In this document: positions 7,928 through 17,172 of the stretch, in pieces
Layout: the number at the start of each line of letters is the position of its first letter
Numbering within the stretch: the stretch's first letter is position 1
Assembly: GCA_028818225.1 (NCBI GenBank)
Contig: JAPPOG010000003.1
Coordinates: 24,572-88,571, forward strand
Length of the DNA stretch: 64,000 nt
Source: Gammaproteobacteria bacterium
Lineage (GTDB): Bacteria > Pseudomonadota > Gammaproteobacteria > Pseudomonadales > Pseudohongiellaceae
Direction: 5' to 3'
Position numbers and translations under genes: made by a program
The notes under the pieces: model-generated
What the model saw: only the letters and a program-made list of their open reading frames with translations
What the model was told of the DNA's origin: nothing
Database searches by the model: none

Positions 7928-9190
7928 TCAGCTGCTTAATGCCTTTACTGCTGATACCAGTGAATCAAGCTCGTTAGTAGTGGTATACACATTCGGAGTC
8001 ACCCGTACTCCTCGCACTCCCGGTCGATCAATAGCTGCCGTATAAATACCGTGTTCATTGGTCAATCGATCTGCAAGTTCACTGGGGTCCATTCCTTCAA
8101 TTCCCACGTTTCCAATGCCGCCATGGCGATGCAGTTCTTCCGGCGTATTGATTATTACCTTTGGCAATCCTCGTAACTGACTCGTCCAGTAATGTTGCAG
8201 GTATTGCAGTCTTGCTGCTTTGCGCGCAAGGCCGAGAGTATTCTGATATTCGATGGCATTAAGGATTGCCAAATCCGTATGTACCGGATGAGTACCGGTA
8301 TGATTCAGCCTGCGCATATCGTTGGGTCCAAGATCTCTTGCTGCCAATAGCGGCCAGACAGTGTCGATCTTTTCTTTCTTTACAAACAACATACCCGAGC
8401 CTAATGGCGCACTTAACCATTTATGTAAACTGGTGCCATAGTAATCACAATCCAGATCACTCATTTGAAATTCAATATGTGAATACGCGTGGGCGCCATC
8501 CACCATAACTTCAACACCACGCTCATGAGCCATGTCAGTAATTTTTCGAATCGGTAAAACTTGCCCGGTAATATTGATCATGTGGGACAACATCAATAGC
8601 CGGGTCTTGTCAGTAATCGCTGAGGCATAAAGATCAACGAGTTCCTGATCGCTTTGCGGATGGTTTGGTACAGATACCAAACGATTAACTGTGCCATAAC
8701 GCCGTTCGACCTGCCTGAAATGATTGACCATCGCGCCATAATCCTGCTCTGCCATAACAGCCTCATCATCCCGCTGCCAATCGAGACCACCGATGATCAG
8801 GTCGAGTGATTCAGTTGTATTGCGTGTAATGGCTACTTCATCGGCACTGCAACCTACAATCTCAGCAACAGCGTTTGCTACTTTGTCTTTATTTTCATAC
8901 TGCACGGTACGCATGTAATAGGAGCCTTCATAATTAACGGCGCGCATATGATCAATGAGATGTTCCAATGTCTCACGTGGCAAAAAACAGTAATAACCAT
9001 TCTCAAGATTGATATAGTCCGGCTTGATATCGTAATCGCCGCGAACCTTGAGCCAAAAATCTTCGTCACTAGCCAGATCTGCAGGTGAAACATTTTCAAC
9101 AGCGGCAACTGCTTTGCGCAAATGCGTAAAACCAACCGACAATGCTGCACTCATCATGCCGAAATTTTTGAGGAACGATCGTTTATCCAT
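7928..9190 (-). CDS. Class-V-fold PLP-dependent enzyme (cysteine desulfurase / isopenicillin-N-epimerase-like) with TAT-like signal
   Basis: 'GTSLHKWLSAPLGSGMLF' carries the PLP-lysine context of class V aminotransferases, and 'VMVDGAHA' precedes it. The N-terminus 'MDKRSFLKNFGMMSAALSVG' resembles a K-R variant of the TAT motif. Confidence 0.8.
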   Translation of the reverse strand: MDKRSFLKNFGMMSAALSVGFTHLRKAVAAVENVSPADLASDEDFWLKVRGDYDIKPDYINLENGYYCFLPRETLEHLIDHMRAVNYEGSYYMRTVQYENKDKVANAVAEIVGCSADEVAITRNTTESLDLIIGGLDWQRDDEAVMAEQDYGAMVNHFRQVERRYGTVNRLVSVPNHPQSDQELVDLYASAITDKTRLLMLSHMINITGQVLPIRKITDMAHERGVEVMVDGAHAYSHIEFQMSDLDCDYYGTSLHKWLSAPLGSGMLFVKKEKIDTVWPLLAARDLGPNDMRRLNHTGTHPVHTDLAILNAIEYQNTLGLARKAARLQYLQHYWTSQLRGLPKVIINTPEELHRHGGIGNVGIEGMDPSELADRLTNEHGIYTAAIDRPGVRGVRVTPNVYTTTNELDSLVSAVKALSS

Positions 9191-9496
9191 GGCGCGACTC
9201 TCTGTCTTTTTATTACTAGAATGTAGAGTTAGGAAAGAATAATAAGGAAAGACTCAATATTAAAGTAAAATTTGCCTACCGGTCTGCTCTATTATGAAGA
9301 TGACGACAGAGAAGTAATTTCCTTCTACAATGCCCACTGCTCAAACTGTGAAATCTCAAAAAAGTAATAGGAGCATAATGCGTGTAGCAGCTGCTTCACG
9401 CAAACATTGAAATGCCAGTGCCATGCCAGAGGTTTATGCATCCAGCGGCGTCGCACAGGGCAATGAGACTCCTGAAATTCCCGATATCTGAATGAT

Positions 9497-10684
9497 TTGA
9501 TTCTACAAAACTACAAAACACTGATTGTCCTGACCCTTGCCCAGTGTTTCGGACAAACTGCAGCCCCTATTCTTATCTTGTTAGGCGGAATCGTCGGCGC
9601 ACAACTGGCGCCATCTATCGATCTGGCAACGCTTCCGATTGCCATTCAGATTATAGGCCTGGCCTCTGCAACTCTGCCTGCAACTTTTCTAATGTCAAAA
9701 CTGGGTCGTAAAGCCGGATTCCTCATCGGGAACCTGCTTTGCCTGAGTGGCGCTTTGCTAGCTGCCTGGTCCATCGCGCAGGAGTCCTTTGTATTGTTCT
9801 GTGTGGCTGCATTTATGGTAGGTAACTTCATGGCGTTTTCCCACCAGGTCAGGTTTGCCGTGGCAGAATCCGTTCCGACAGAACAGGTACCAAAAAGCCT
9901 GGCCATACTCATGTTTGCCGGCATCGTGGCAGCTATTCTTGGACCAGAAATAGCAAGACGGTTTAGTGACATTGGTGAGCTTCCTCTTTATGTCGGCTCA
10001 TTTCTCGGCATGGCAATGCTGATAACTTTCTCCTTTGTGATAGTGCTTTTGTTCTATCAGAACAGCATGGCTAAACAGGCAGATCACGACCAAGATGCGC
10101 GGCCCATGGCTCAGATATTTACGCAACCAGCCATTATCCTCGCGATTATTGCGGCCGCCGTTGGTTACTGTGTAATGAGTCTAGTCATGACTGCAACTCC
10201 AGTAAGTATGCATGAGATGGAACAGTATTCCCTGGATGACACTACCCGGGTTATCCAGAGTCATATTCTCGCCATGTTTATCCCGTCCCTGTTTAGTGGA
10301 TTTTTGATCACCTGGTTTGGCGCCCTGCGTATCATCCAGGCAGGTTTCATTTCGCTAGTTGCTTGCGTAGTCATAGGCTGGGGTAAGCCCGAGTTTATTC
10401 ACTATTGGGGATCGCTGGTGCTATTGGGTATTGGCTGGAATTTTTTATATTTAGGCGGCACGACTTTATTGACTCGTAGTTACCGAAGTGCAGAGCGCTT
10501 TAAGGTCCAAGGTGTAAATGACTTTCTGGTCTTCGGTCTGCAAGCGATCGGATCGCTGAGTGCCGGAATTCTCTTAGCAGGATTTGGCTGGAACGGTGTA
10601 ATGGGATTTGCCTTGCCATTGCTGGCATTACTGCTGACAACAATGGTTTTGTCGAATCAGCAGCTGAAAACAGCAGGCAACTAG
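9497..10684 (+). CDS. MFS transporter
   Basis: 395 aa, about 12 TM segments. 'MSKLGRKAGFLIG' matches the MFS loop 2-3 motif. TTG is the only plausible start because the frame opens at 9476, and there is no SD. Confidence 0.8.
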   Translation: MILQNYKTLIVLTLAQCFGQTAAPILILLGGIVGAQLAPSIDLATLPIAIQIIGLASATLPATFLMSKLGRKAGFLIGNLLCLSGALLAAWSIAQESFVLFCVAAFMVGNFMAFSHQVRFAVAESVPTEQVPKSLAILMFAGIVAAILGPEIARRFSDIGELPLYVGSFLGMAMLITFSFVIVLLFYQNSMAKQADHDQDARPMAQIFTQPAIILAIIAAAVGYCVMSLVMTATPVSMHEMEQYSLDDTTRVIQSHILAMFIPSLFSGFLITWFGALRIIQAGFISLVACVVIGWGKPEFIHYWGSLVLLGIGWNFLYLGGTTLLTRSYRSAERFKVQGVNDFLVFGLQAIGSLSAGILLAGFGWNGVMGFALPLLALLLTTMVLSNQQLKTAGN

Positions 10685-10755
10685 AAGAAAGAATTACCTC
10701 ATTAAATGACCTGGGCCGAGAGGGTGCCGCATTTATCTCACAGGGCACTCCTGCA

Positions 10756-11538
10756 TCAATTCACGTAAATACTGGTTTCTGGATTGGGATCATCACCGGG
10801 ATCATGAAATAGACCGGCTTCTACTTGCACCGACACCGCCGGACTCGATTCAGCCAGGCAAGCAATGACATGATTATCAGGATCATCATCACCTAGATGG
10901 ATCGGATTCACCTGCTCACCATTTTCGAGCAGAATGGACATTCCTGCGCGCTGAGGCATGGCAAGATCGGCGTTTTGCGGTCCTGTAACGCCGCCTTCCC
11001 AGGTTAAGAGCACGGCCTGAGCGGTTTGGTCAGGACATTCGTTTTCCAGTCCTGGTGTAGCGGGAGAAAAACGCTCGGCAAAAACCAGGCTAGGGCCGGA
11101 TGCCAAATCCGTTATCGTATCTATGCGCAGACCAACTAAAGAATTGCCATCAATATCTTCCAGTTGCTGTACTACTTCGACACTAACTGGCGGCGCTTCC
11201 GCGGTACCGAATGAACCAACCAGCAGCACTGTTCGTTGTTCGAGTGGTTCAATTGCCGGGCGGAGTGTTGCACAAAGTGGGGTGACAGAATTTCCAGAAC
11301 TTGTTTCAACTGCAAATGCATTGGGAGTCAGGCTTTCATCACTAATCTGTGCAGAGAAAGTTACCGGCATTCCATCTTCGCCAGCCACTTGCATCTGGCA
11401 TAAAAAATTAGCTCGCCCGGGTAATTCATCCAGGCCATGGTAAGCAGAAAGTATGCGAGTACCAGGTGCTTTTCCCTGTGCATACACAAGCAGGGAAAAG
11501 CCTAAAGTGAAAAAGACCGATGCAATTATATTTTTCAT
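10756..11538 (-). CDS. Secreted hypothetical protein
   Basis: 260 aa with Sec signal 'ASVFFTLGFSLLVYAQG'. Its ATG overlaps the stop of the upstream gene by 4 nt. No family recognised. Confidence 0.75.
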   Translation of the reverse strand: MKNIIASVFFTLGFSLLVYAQGKAPGTRILSAYHGLDELPGRANFLCQMQVAGEDGMPVTFSAQISDESLTPNAFAVETSSGNSVTPLCATLRPAIEPLEQRTVLLVGSFGTAEAPPVSVEVVQQLEDIDGNSLVGLRIDTITDLASGPSLVFAERFSPATPGLENECPDQTAQAVLLTWEGGVTGPQNADLAMPQRAGMSILLENGEQVNPIHLGDDDPDNHVIACLAESSPAVSVQVEAGLFHDPGDDPNPETSIYVN

Positions 11539-11915
11539 TGAGCTTTAGGTAGTTTCATCGCTGCTGATACAAGCACAGCCGCTGCAATTATTTCAATTGT
11601 CGTTGGCACCATCGTGGCAGCGCTGAATTCGCCATTGACTGCGGCCAGGCCACGGGCCAGCACCATGACAGCTTCGATTGCCGCCACAGGCAATAGCAGT
11701 ACAGGTGTGCGTTGGATTACAGCATAAAAACACACAGCTCCCATTGCTACATAATGGGCACCAATCATCGCCCGCACCGTGCCCGCTCCCTCCGGGTTCG
11801 CGACTTCCAGGCCTAAACTGCTGGCAAAACCTTCCGGAGTAAACATCCCGGACAATCCAAGTAACAGGAACAAGCCTCCGATTAGAAATACCATTACTTT
11901 TAGTACTGTTTGCAT
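11535..11915 (-). CDS. Small 4-TM membrane protein (DUF4345-like, tentative)
   Basis: 126 aa with four hydrophobic segments. 'GTVRAMIGAHYVAMG' resembles what I remember of DUF4345. Operonic with its neighbours. Confidence 0.65.
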   Translation of the reverse strand: MQTVLKVMVFLIGGLFLLLGLSGMFTPEGFASSLGLEVANPEGAGTVRAMIGAHYVAMGAVCFYAVIQRTPVLLLPVAAIEAVMVLARGLAAVNGEFSAATMVPTTIEIIAAAVLVSAAMKLPKAQ

Positions 11916-11951
11916 TTTGTGTCTCCTGCGATTGGTTTTTGTTGTTAGTTT

Positions 11952-13511
11952 TTACCTGCTCGCTCGCTCAGCCATGTCATTCAATACATCAATATAATGA
12001 ACCTGTGTGCCGAAGCGGCAATGGCCATGGTAAGGAATCCAGTTAAACTTCGCGTCGGCGGCAGGTGCTTCCAGTAGATTCAGTGTCTCCTCGAAAAAGC
12101 GTAATCCATTGGTCAGGTAATAGTTATCCATATCGCCCATCCAGAATTGCAACTTGCCAGATAGTTCGTTACCGATATTCGCCCACTGGTCCCTGACATA
12201 GTAATCCAGGTCCCAGGCACGCCAGGAGTCGGCAACCAATGGATTGATTTCACCTGAAGTCTGGTCCCAAACTGGAATTGGATTGCCAACTTCATCGGGT
12301 TGCCCATAGACCGCATTCCAGGCACCCCATTGTTTACCTGAAACCACATAGCTATTACCCGGCCCGATGGCTGCTTCCATGCTGATTTCATCAGCGATGC
12401 TAAACCGGGGATCGCCATTGATTTCACGAGCGCTGGGCCGAATCATACCGTTGGCACTGTAATAGGCATTGTCATCTTCATAGATATTCACCAACTGATA
12501 GGCGCGAAAGCTGGGAGAGTCAGGACTCAGCGAATAAGCGCCATTAAAATAATCGGGATAGAGAATCTGTAATGCCATGGAAACCCATCCTCCGGTGGAA
12601 CAGCCGGTCACAAAGCGATTGCTGGGAACATCATCAATAGGAAATCTAACTGCCAGGTGAGGAAAGAGTTCGGTGAAATTGGCATCGGCATAGGGGCCAG
12701 AAACAGCACTATTCATTTGATAAGAATCCCCAAAGGGAGATTCACCGTCAAGGAATACGATTACTGCAGGGGGCGTTTCTTCATCGATCCAGTAATCTAC
12801 GAATTCTTCGTCTTCCAATAAGCGTTGACTACGAGTGAAGCGACCGTTAAGCCCGGCAACATGATAGAGCACTGGATAGCGCTCACCTGATCCTTCTATA
12901 TATTGAGTTGGTAACAATACCGAGGCGCGAAGATATATGTCTTTGCCATAGAAACGAGAAAGCAGATCAGACCTGATACGGACAAATTTAAGCAGCTCAG
13001 TATCATCAGGCAATGATTCTTGTGGCACAACTTCGGTCAAACTAAAACTCAGGGATTGTGGAGTAGCGTCAATTTGTGTCAGTTGTGATAACGAATAAAA
13101 ATTTCCCGGTGAGTCGAGATCTGAAAGAGTTTCGTTCACATCAAAAAGTGCCTGCACCTGCCAGCTACCCTCTTCTAACAGCGACAAGGAATTAAGCGGA
13201 AATCCTGCGGTGGGGACAAACTCATAGGCGGCACCATCCCAATCAACTATATCTACCGCAAAGAAGGGAGAGGCATTACGTGGCGCGGCTTCGTCACCAA
13301 TGGTCAAGCGCGGTTCCGATATTTCTTCATCATCAGATTCTTCTGACTCCTCCCGAGTAAACGCGACAAATAGCCTGCCTGAATAGCTTTTATCTGCGCC
13401 GGGTAATGAAATAAGTATTTGAGTTACTTCGGCCTGAAGCGATTGGAGGGGAAGGCAAGAAAGACAAATTGAGCCTATGGCGGCCAAAAAGCGCATGTAA
13501 TATCTCCGCAT
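11952..13511 (-). CDS. Secreted esterase-family alpha/beta hydrolase with an N-terminal extra domain
   Basis: The nucleophile elbow 'VTGCSTGGWVSMA' and 'YPVLYHVAGLNG' are typical of the putative esterase (enterochelin-esterase-like) family. Signal peptide 'FLAAIGSICLSCLPLQSLQA'. Confidence 0.75.
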   Translation of the reverse strand: MRRYYMRFLAAIGSICLSCLPLQSLQAEVTQILISLPGADKSYSGRLFVAFTREESEESDDEEISEPRLTIGDEAAPRNASPFFAVDIVDWDGAAYEFVPTAGFPLNSLSLLEEGSWQVQALFDVNETLSDLDSPGNFYSLSQLTQIDATPQSLSFSLTEVVPQESLPDDTELLKFVRIRSDLLSRFYGKDIYLRASVLLPTQYIEGSGERYPVLYHVAGLNGRFTRSQRLLEDEEFVDYWIDEETPPAVIVFLDGESPFGDSYQMNSAVSGPYADANFTELFPHLAVRFPIDDVPSNRFVTGCSTGGWVSMALQILYPDYFNGAYSLSPDSPSFRAYQLVNIYEDDNAYYSANGMIRPSAREINGDPRFSIADEISMEAAIGPGNSYVVSGKQWGAWNAVYGQPDEVGNPIPVWDQTSGEINPLVADSWRAWDLDYYVRDQWANIGNELSGKLQFWMGDMDNYYLTNGLRFFEETLNLLEAPAADAKFNWIPYHGHCRFGTQVHYIDVLNDMAERASR

Positions 13512-13666
13512 TGGTGACGAGCTATTCAGCTAGCCAGAGTACGCAGTTTTCGAGATGGGTCAAGCAAAAAGCCTCAGATCAGTGACGACATTAATATGAT
13601 CTTCATATGAATGTCGATGGTATCTTTTGCTAGACATTGCGGAACGATTTATATGTTAATTGAACA

Positions 13667-14677
13667 ATGGAAATATTCGCGACTTTATTTAGTGAAGTTA
13701 TAGGCTTTCTTAGAGTATCCCAGGCCTGGGAAATACTGAGAGCGGGCGATTTTAGTTCCTTCACCACCTATGCAGGCATTCGCGCCTTTATCGTTCCCAT
13801 AATTCCCCTGCTCATAATATTTGAAGCGATTCTGGGATTGGCTTATAAAAACCCCCAGGCCAAAGTTTATAAGATTAATTTTCTGATCTATGTCTTTAAT
13901 CGATTTATCGGAAGATTCATCGCGCTTGGGATGGTAGTTTTCTGCATCGGCTTGTTCCAGGCCTATGCTCCCTTTCAAACAGAATTGACCTGGTACTGGT
14001 TTATCTATGGCTATATTGTTTGGGAGTTCGGACATTTTATTTATCACTACCTTGGACATAAGGTACGTTTGTTCTGGTGTCTGCATTCCACTCATCATGC
14101 TCCGGAAGAAATGAACCTGTCTGTTACCCATGCGCACTTTTTCCTGGAAGCACCTTATGCTGACACCATTCGTACGACTGTATGTATCCTGGCGGGTGTG
14201 CAGCCAGATTTACTCTTCATCATCATGTTCATCGATGGAACCTATGGTGCATTTATTCATATTGGGGAAAACATGATTAAAGATGCACGTTTTGGATTTC
14301 TGAACAAGCTCATGCTGACACCATCACACCATCGAGTTCACCATGCACGCAATTCCTTATATATAGATACCAACTTCTGCAATCTGCTGAATATTTGGGA
14401 TCGGGTATTTGGCACTTATCAAGAAGAACAAAGGGATGTGGAAATCGAGTATGGCATTACTCGCGAAATGGATTCGGGGAACTTCTTCGATGTATATTTT
14501 GGTGAAATAATTTTCCTTGCCAAAGATGTACTCAATGCTCCGGGGCTGGCAAACAAATTTCTCTACTTAATTATGCCGCCGGGATGGCACCATTCTGGAG
14601 ATCACAAAACCGCGAGTAGTATAAGAAAAGCATACCTGCAAAATAGTAGAAACGAGCCCATAGCTGAAAGGATGTAA
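13667..14677 (+). CDS. Fatty acid hydroxylase / sterol desaturase superfamily membrane di-iron enzyme
   Basis: The histidine boxes 'HFIYHYLGH', 'HSTHH' and 'HHRVHH' sit in a multi-TM protein. Confidence 0.85.
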   Translation: MEIFATLFSEVIGFLRVSQAWEILRAGDFSSFTTYAGIRAFIVPIIPLLIIFEAILGLAYKNPQAKVYKINFLIYVFNRFIGRFIALGMVVFCIGLFQAYAPFQTELTWYWFIYGYIVWEFGHFIYHYLGHKVRLFWCLHSTHHAPEEMNLSVTHAHFFLEAPYADTIRTTVCILAGVQPDLLFIIMFIDGTYGAFIHIGENMIKDARFGFLNKLMLTPSHHRVHHARNSLYIDTNFCNLLNIWDRVFGTYQEEQRDVEIEYGITREMDSGNFFDVYFGEIIFLAKDVLNAPGLANKFLYLIMPPGWHHSGDHKTASSIRKAYLQNSRNEPIAERM

Positions 14678-14684
14678 AGACATA

Positions 14685-16238
14685 GTGACTTGGAAAGAAG
14701 AAACAGATGAAATTGTGCGCCGACGGGAGTTAGCGCTTGAGCAGGGTGGCGCGGAATCCATTGCCAAACACCATGGTAAAGGCAAACTCACAATTCGAGA
14801 GCGAATCAACAAATTATTGGATCCGGACAGCTTTGAAGAAGTTGGCCCAACAGCTGGAGCTGGTAATTACGATGAAAACGGTGAGCTCATAAGCCTGGAT
14901 CCAGCTAATTTTGTACTTGGTTTTGGCACAGTAGATGGCCGCAGAATCATTGTGGGTGGTGAAGACTTCACCATGCGTGGTGGTTCACCTTCTCCTGCCG
15001 GTTTGCGTAAAAGTGTCTATGCCGAAGAACTGGCAGTGCAATACAAGCTACCTCTGGTGCGCTTGCATGAAGGCTCTGGCGGCAGTGTAGGTGGCACTGG
15101 GGGCAAAGGTCAGAATTTACCAGGCCCGGTAAATGCTCCCGCCCGCTTTCGTTCTGTAGCGGAAGCAATGGCTACCGTACCGGTTGCTACGGCTGCGCTT
15201 GGCGCAGTCGCTGGATTACCGGCAGGAAGACTGGTTGCCTCCCATTTCTCAGTAATGTCAAAAGCGACAGCCCAAATATTGACGGCCGGTCCTGCCGTGG
15301 TTGAACGAGCCATGGGCGAGAAGAAAACCAAGGAAGAGCTTGGTGGCTGGAAAGTTCATACCAAGAACGGCACTGTTGACAATGGCGCTGAAAATGAAGA
15401 AGCCTGCCTGGCCGAAATTCGTCGTTTTCTTTCTTTTATGCCTGATAATATTGAACAGCTTGCCCCCGTTATCGAATGTGATGATCCCATAGAAAGGACT
15501 GACGAAGCGCTATTAGACATAGTGCCAAAAGATCGAAGACAGGCATTCGATATGCGCCGCATCATTCATACTGTCATGGATGAAAACAGTTTCTTCGAAA
15601 TGGGTGCTGGTTATGGCCGTTCACAAATTACTGGTCTTGCCCGCTTGAATGGACAGGTAGTTGGTGTCTGGGGTAATAATTGCAAATTTCTTGCCGGCTC
15701 CATGACTACAGATGGTGCGCAGAAAGCCCGACGCTTTATGGAACTTTGTGAAACTTTCAGCCTGCCTATTGTGAGTTTGGTAGACGAACCCGGATTCATG
15801 ATCGGCAGCCAGGCAGAACGGGAAGCGACTATTCGCCATGGCACCGCTGCAGTTCTTACTGCAGCTATGACAACTGTGCCATGGGCATCAGTCATGATTC
15901 GCCGCTCATTCGGTGTTGCCCAGGCTGCCCACTATGGCCCTGAAGGGTTTGTACTTGCCTGGCCATCAGCAGAGAGCGGACCATTACCGGTAGAAGGCGG
16001 TGTTGCGGTTGCCTTCCAGAGAGAGATTGCAGCAGCGCCAGACCCCGAAGCGCGAAGAAAAGAGTTGGAAGAAGAACTGGCAGCAAAACAATCACCGTTT
16101 CCGAGAGCAGAGGCATTCGGCGTTCATGATCTTATCGATCCAAGACAAACCAGGCCCGAGCTATGTCGCTGGATTGATCGTATTCAACCCCTACTGCCAG
16201 CATTACTTGGCAAGGCGAATTTTTCCATCCGACCTTAA
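14685..16238 (+). CDS. Acyl-CoA carboxylase carboxyltransferase (beta) subunit
   Basis: 'HGKGKLTIRERINKLLDP', 'GGEDFTMRGGS' and 'ARLNGQVVGVWGNN' follow the PccB/MccB/MmdA-type carboxyltransferase pattern. GTG start 8 nt after the upstream stop. Confidence 0.85.
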   Translation: MTWKEETDEIVRRRELALEQGGAESIAKHHGKGKLTIRERINKLLDPDSFEEVGPTAGAGNYDENGELISLDPANFVLGFGTVDGRRIIVGGEDFTMRGGSPSPAGLRKSVYAEELAVQYKLPLVRLHEGSGGSVGGTGGKGQNLPGPVNAPARFRSVAEAMATVPVATAALGAVAGLPAGRLVASHFSVMSKATAQILTAGPAVVERAMGEKKTKEELGGWKVHTKNGTVDNGAENEEACLAEIRRFLSFMPDNIEQLAPVIECDDPIERTDEALLDIVPKDRRQAFDMRRIIHTVMDENSFFEMGAGYGRSQITGLARLNGQVVGVWGNNCKFLAGSMTTDGAQKARRFMELCETFSLPIVSLVDEPGFMIGSQAEREATIRHGTAAVLTAAMTTVPWASVMIRRSFGVAQAAHYGPEGFVLAWPSAESGPLPVEGGVAVAFQREIAAAPDPEARRKELEEELAAKQSPFPRAEAFGVHDLIDPRQTRPELCRWIDRIQPLLPALLGKANFSIRP

Positions 16239-16256
16239 TTGACAGAAAGCTAAGAG

Positions 16257-16484
16257 GTGGCTCAGGACATGACAAATGTTGAATTAGAAACCGGTGGCTC
16301 AGTTTGGAAAGTGCTGACAAAGGTTGGCGATAAAGTAGCGGCTGGCGATGTGTTATTCATTCTCGAAGTCATGAAAATGGAAGTGCCATATGAAGCTCCT
16401 GTTGCAGGAGAAATTATGGCAGTACATATTGCTGAAGGCGAAGTGGTAGAAGAAGAGCAGGTGGCCATGGAAATTTCAGGCTAG
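16257..16484 (+). CDS. Stand-alone biotin carboxyl carrier (biotinyl/lipoyl) domain protein
   Basis: About 71-75 aa. 'LFILEVMKMEVPYEAPVAGEI' contains the (A/V)MKM biotinyl-lysine motif. The start is either GTG 16257 or in-frame ATG 16269. Confidence 0.8.
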   Translation: MAQDMTNVELETGGSVWKVLTKVGDKVAAGDVLFILEVMKMEVPYEAPVAGEIMAVHIAEGEVVEEEQVAMEISG

Positions 16485-16685
16485 CAATTATCAATGTCTG
16501 AATTTGAAGTCTTGTCAGCTCTCATTTCAATCGTAATTGGCCGGGGCTTAACGCAATTGTTATCCGGATTCGGTAATGCCTTTTATTACCGCAAGACCAA
16601 CAGAATCAATTCGGTGCATAGCGCCCGGAGTTTTGGGTTTCCTCAAATTCCTTGATCTCACTGCCCTGCGGAAATCGCTCGATCC

Positions 16686-17150
16686 CTATAATCTCATAAG
16701 CCGATAAACCGCTGATTCAATTAAGTACTCATCGGCGGCAGAAGAGTTGAAGAATTCTGGATAGCCTGCTGTGTATTTTGCTTCCCAAGCCTGCAGCACC
16801 TCTGCTGTACCTGCACTGACTCTTTCTGCCAGCAAAGGATAAGTTAAGTCTTCGATACGCATATGGATTGGGCCACCATCGCCTAGCATTGAAGTCCAAC
16901 CGTTGGCTCTTGAACCAACAATATACATATCGTTATCGACTTCGACGAACCAGATTATAACAACTCTGGGTATGATCCCTGGCACCCTGATTTTAGTTTC
17001 AAGAATTGAAGACGTGTCAGGCCAGTTTGCTGGTGCGACGCTGGCATTACCGAAAATGAAAAATCCTGGAGTCGTGGTAATGGGTAAACTAAACACCAGC
17101 ACAACAAGTGTTACTACAATAACACCTACTCCAATCTTCAATGCTTTCAC
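16686..17150 (-). CDS. Membrane-anchored hypothetical protein
   Basis: GTG start with AGGAG 7 nt upstream. One N-terminal TM segment 'IGVGVIVVTLVVLVFSL'. No family recognised. Confidence 0.65.
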   Translation of the reverse strand: MKALKIGVGVIVVTLVVLVFSLPITTTPGFFIFGNASVAPANWPDTSSILETKIRVPGIIPRVVIIWFVEVDNDMYIVGSRANGWTSMLGDGGPIHMRIEDLTYPLLAERVSAGTAEVLQAWEAKYTAGYPEFFNSSAADEYLIESAVYRLMRL

Positions 17151-17172
17151 TTCAATTCTCCTTTACCAGTGA

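Noticed and set aside
16494-16655. 53-codon ORF (MSEFEVLSALISIVIGRGLTQLL...) after the biotin-carrier gene, considered as a small membrane subunit of a Na+-decarboxylase or as a truncated gene
   Set aside because: No SD, below the ORF-track size, and no membrane beta (pump) subunit in the locus. The hydrophobic stretch is interrupted by Arg. It is more likely a remnant or chance ORF.
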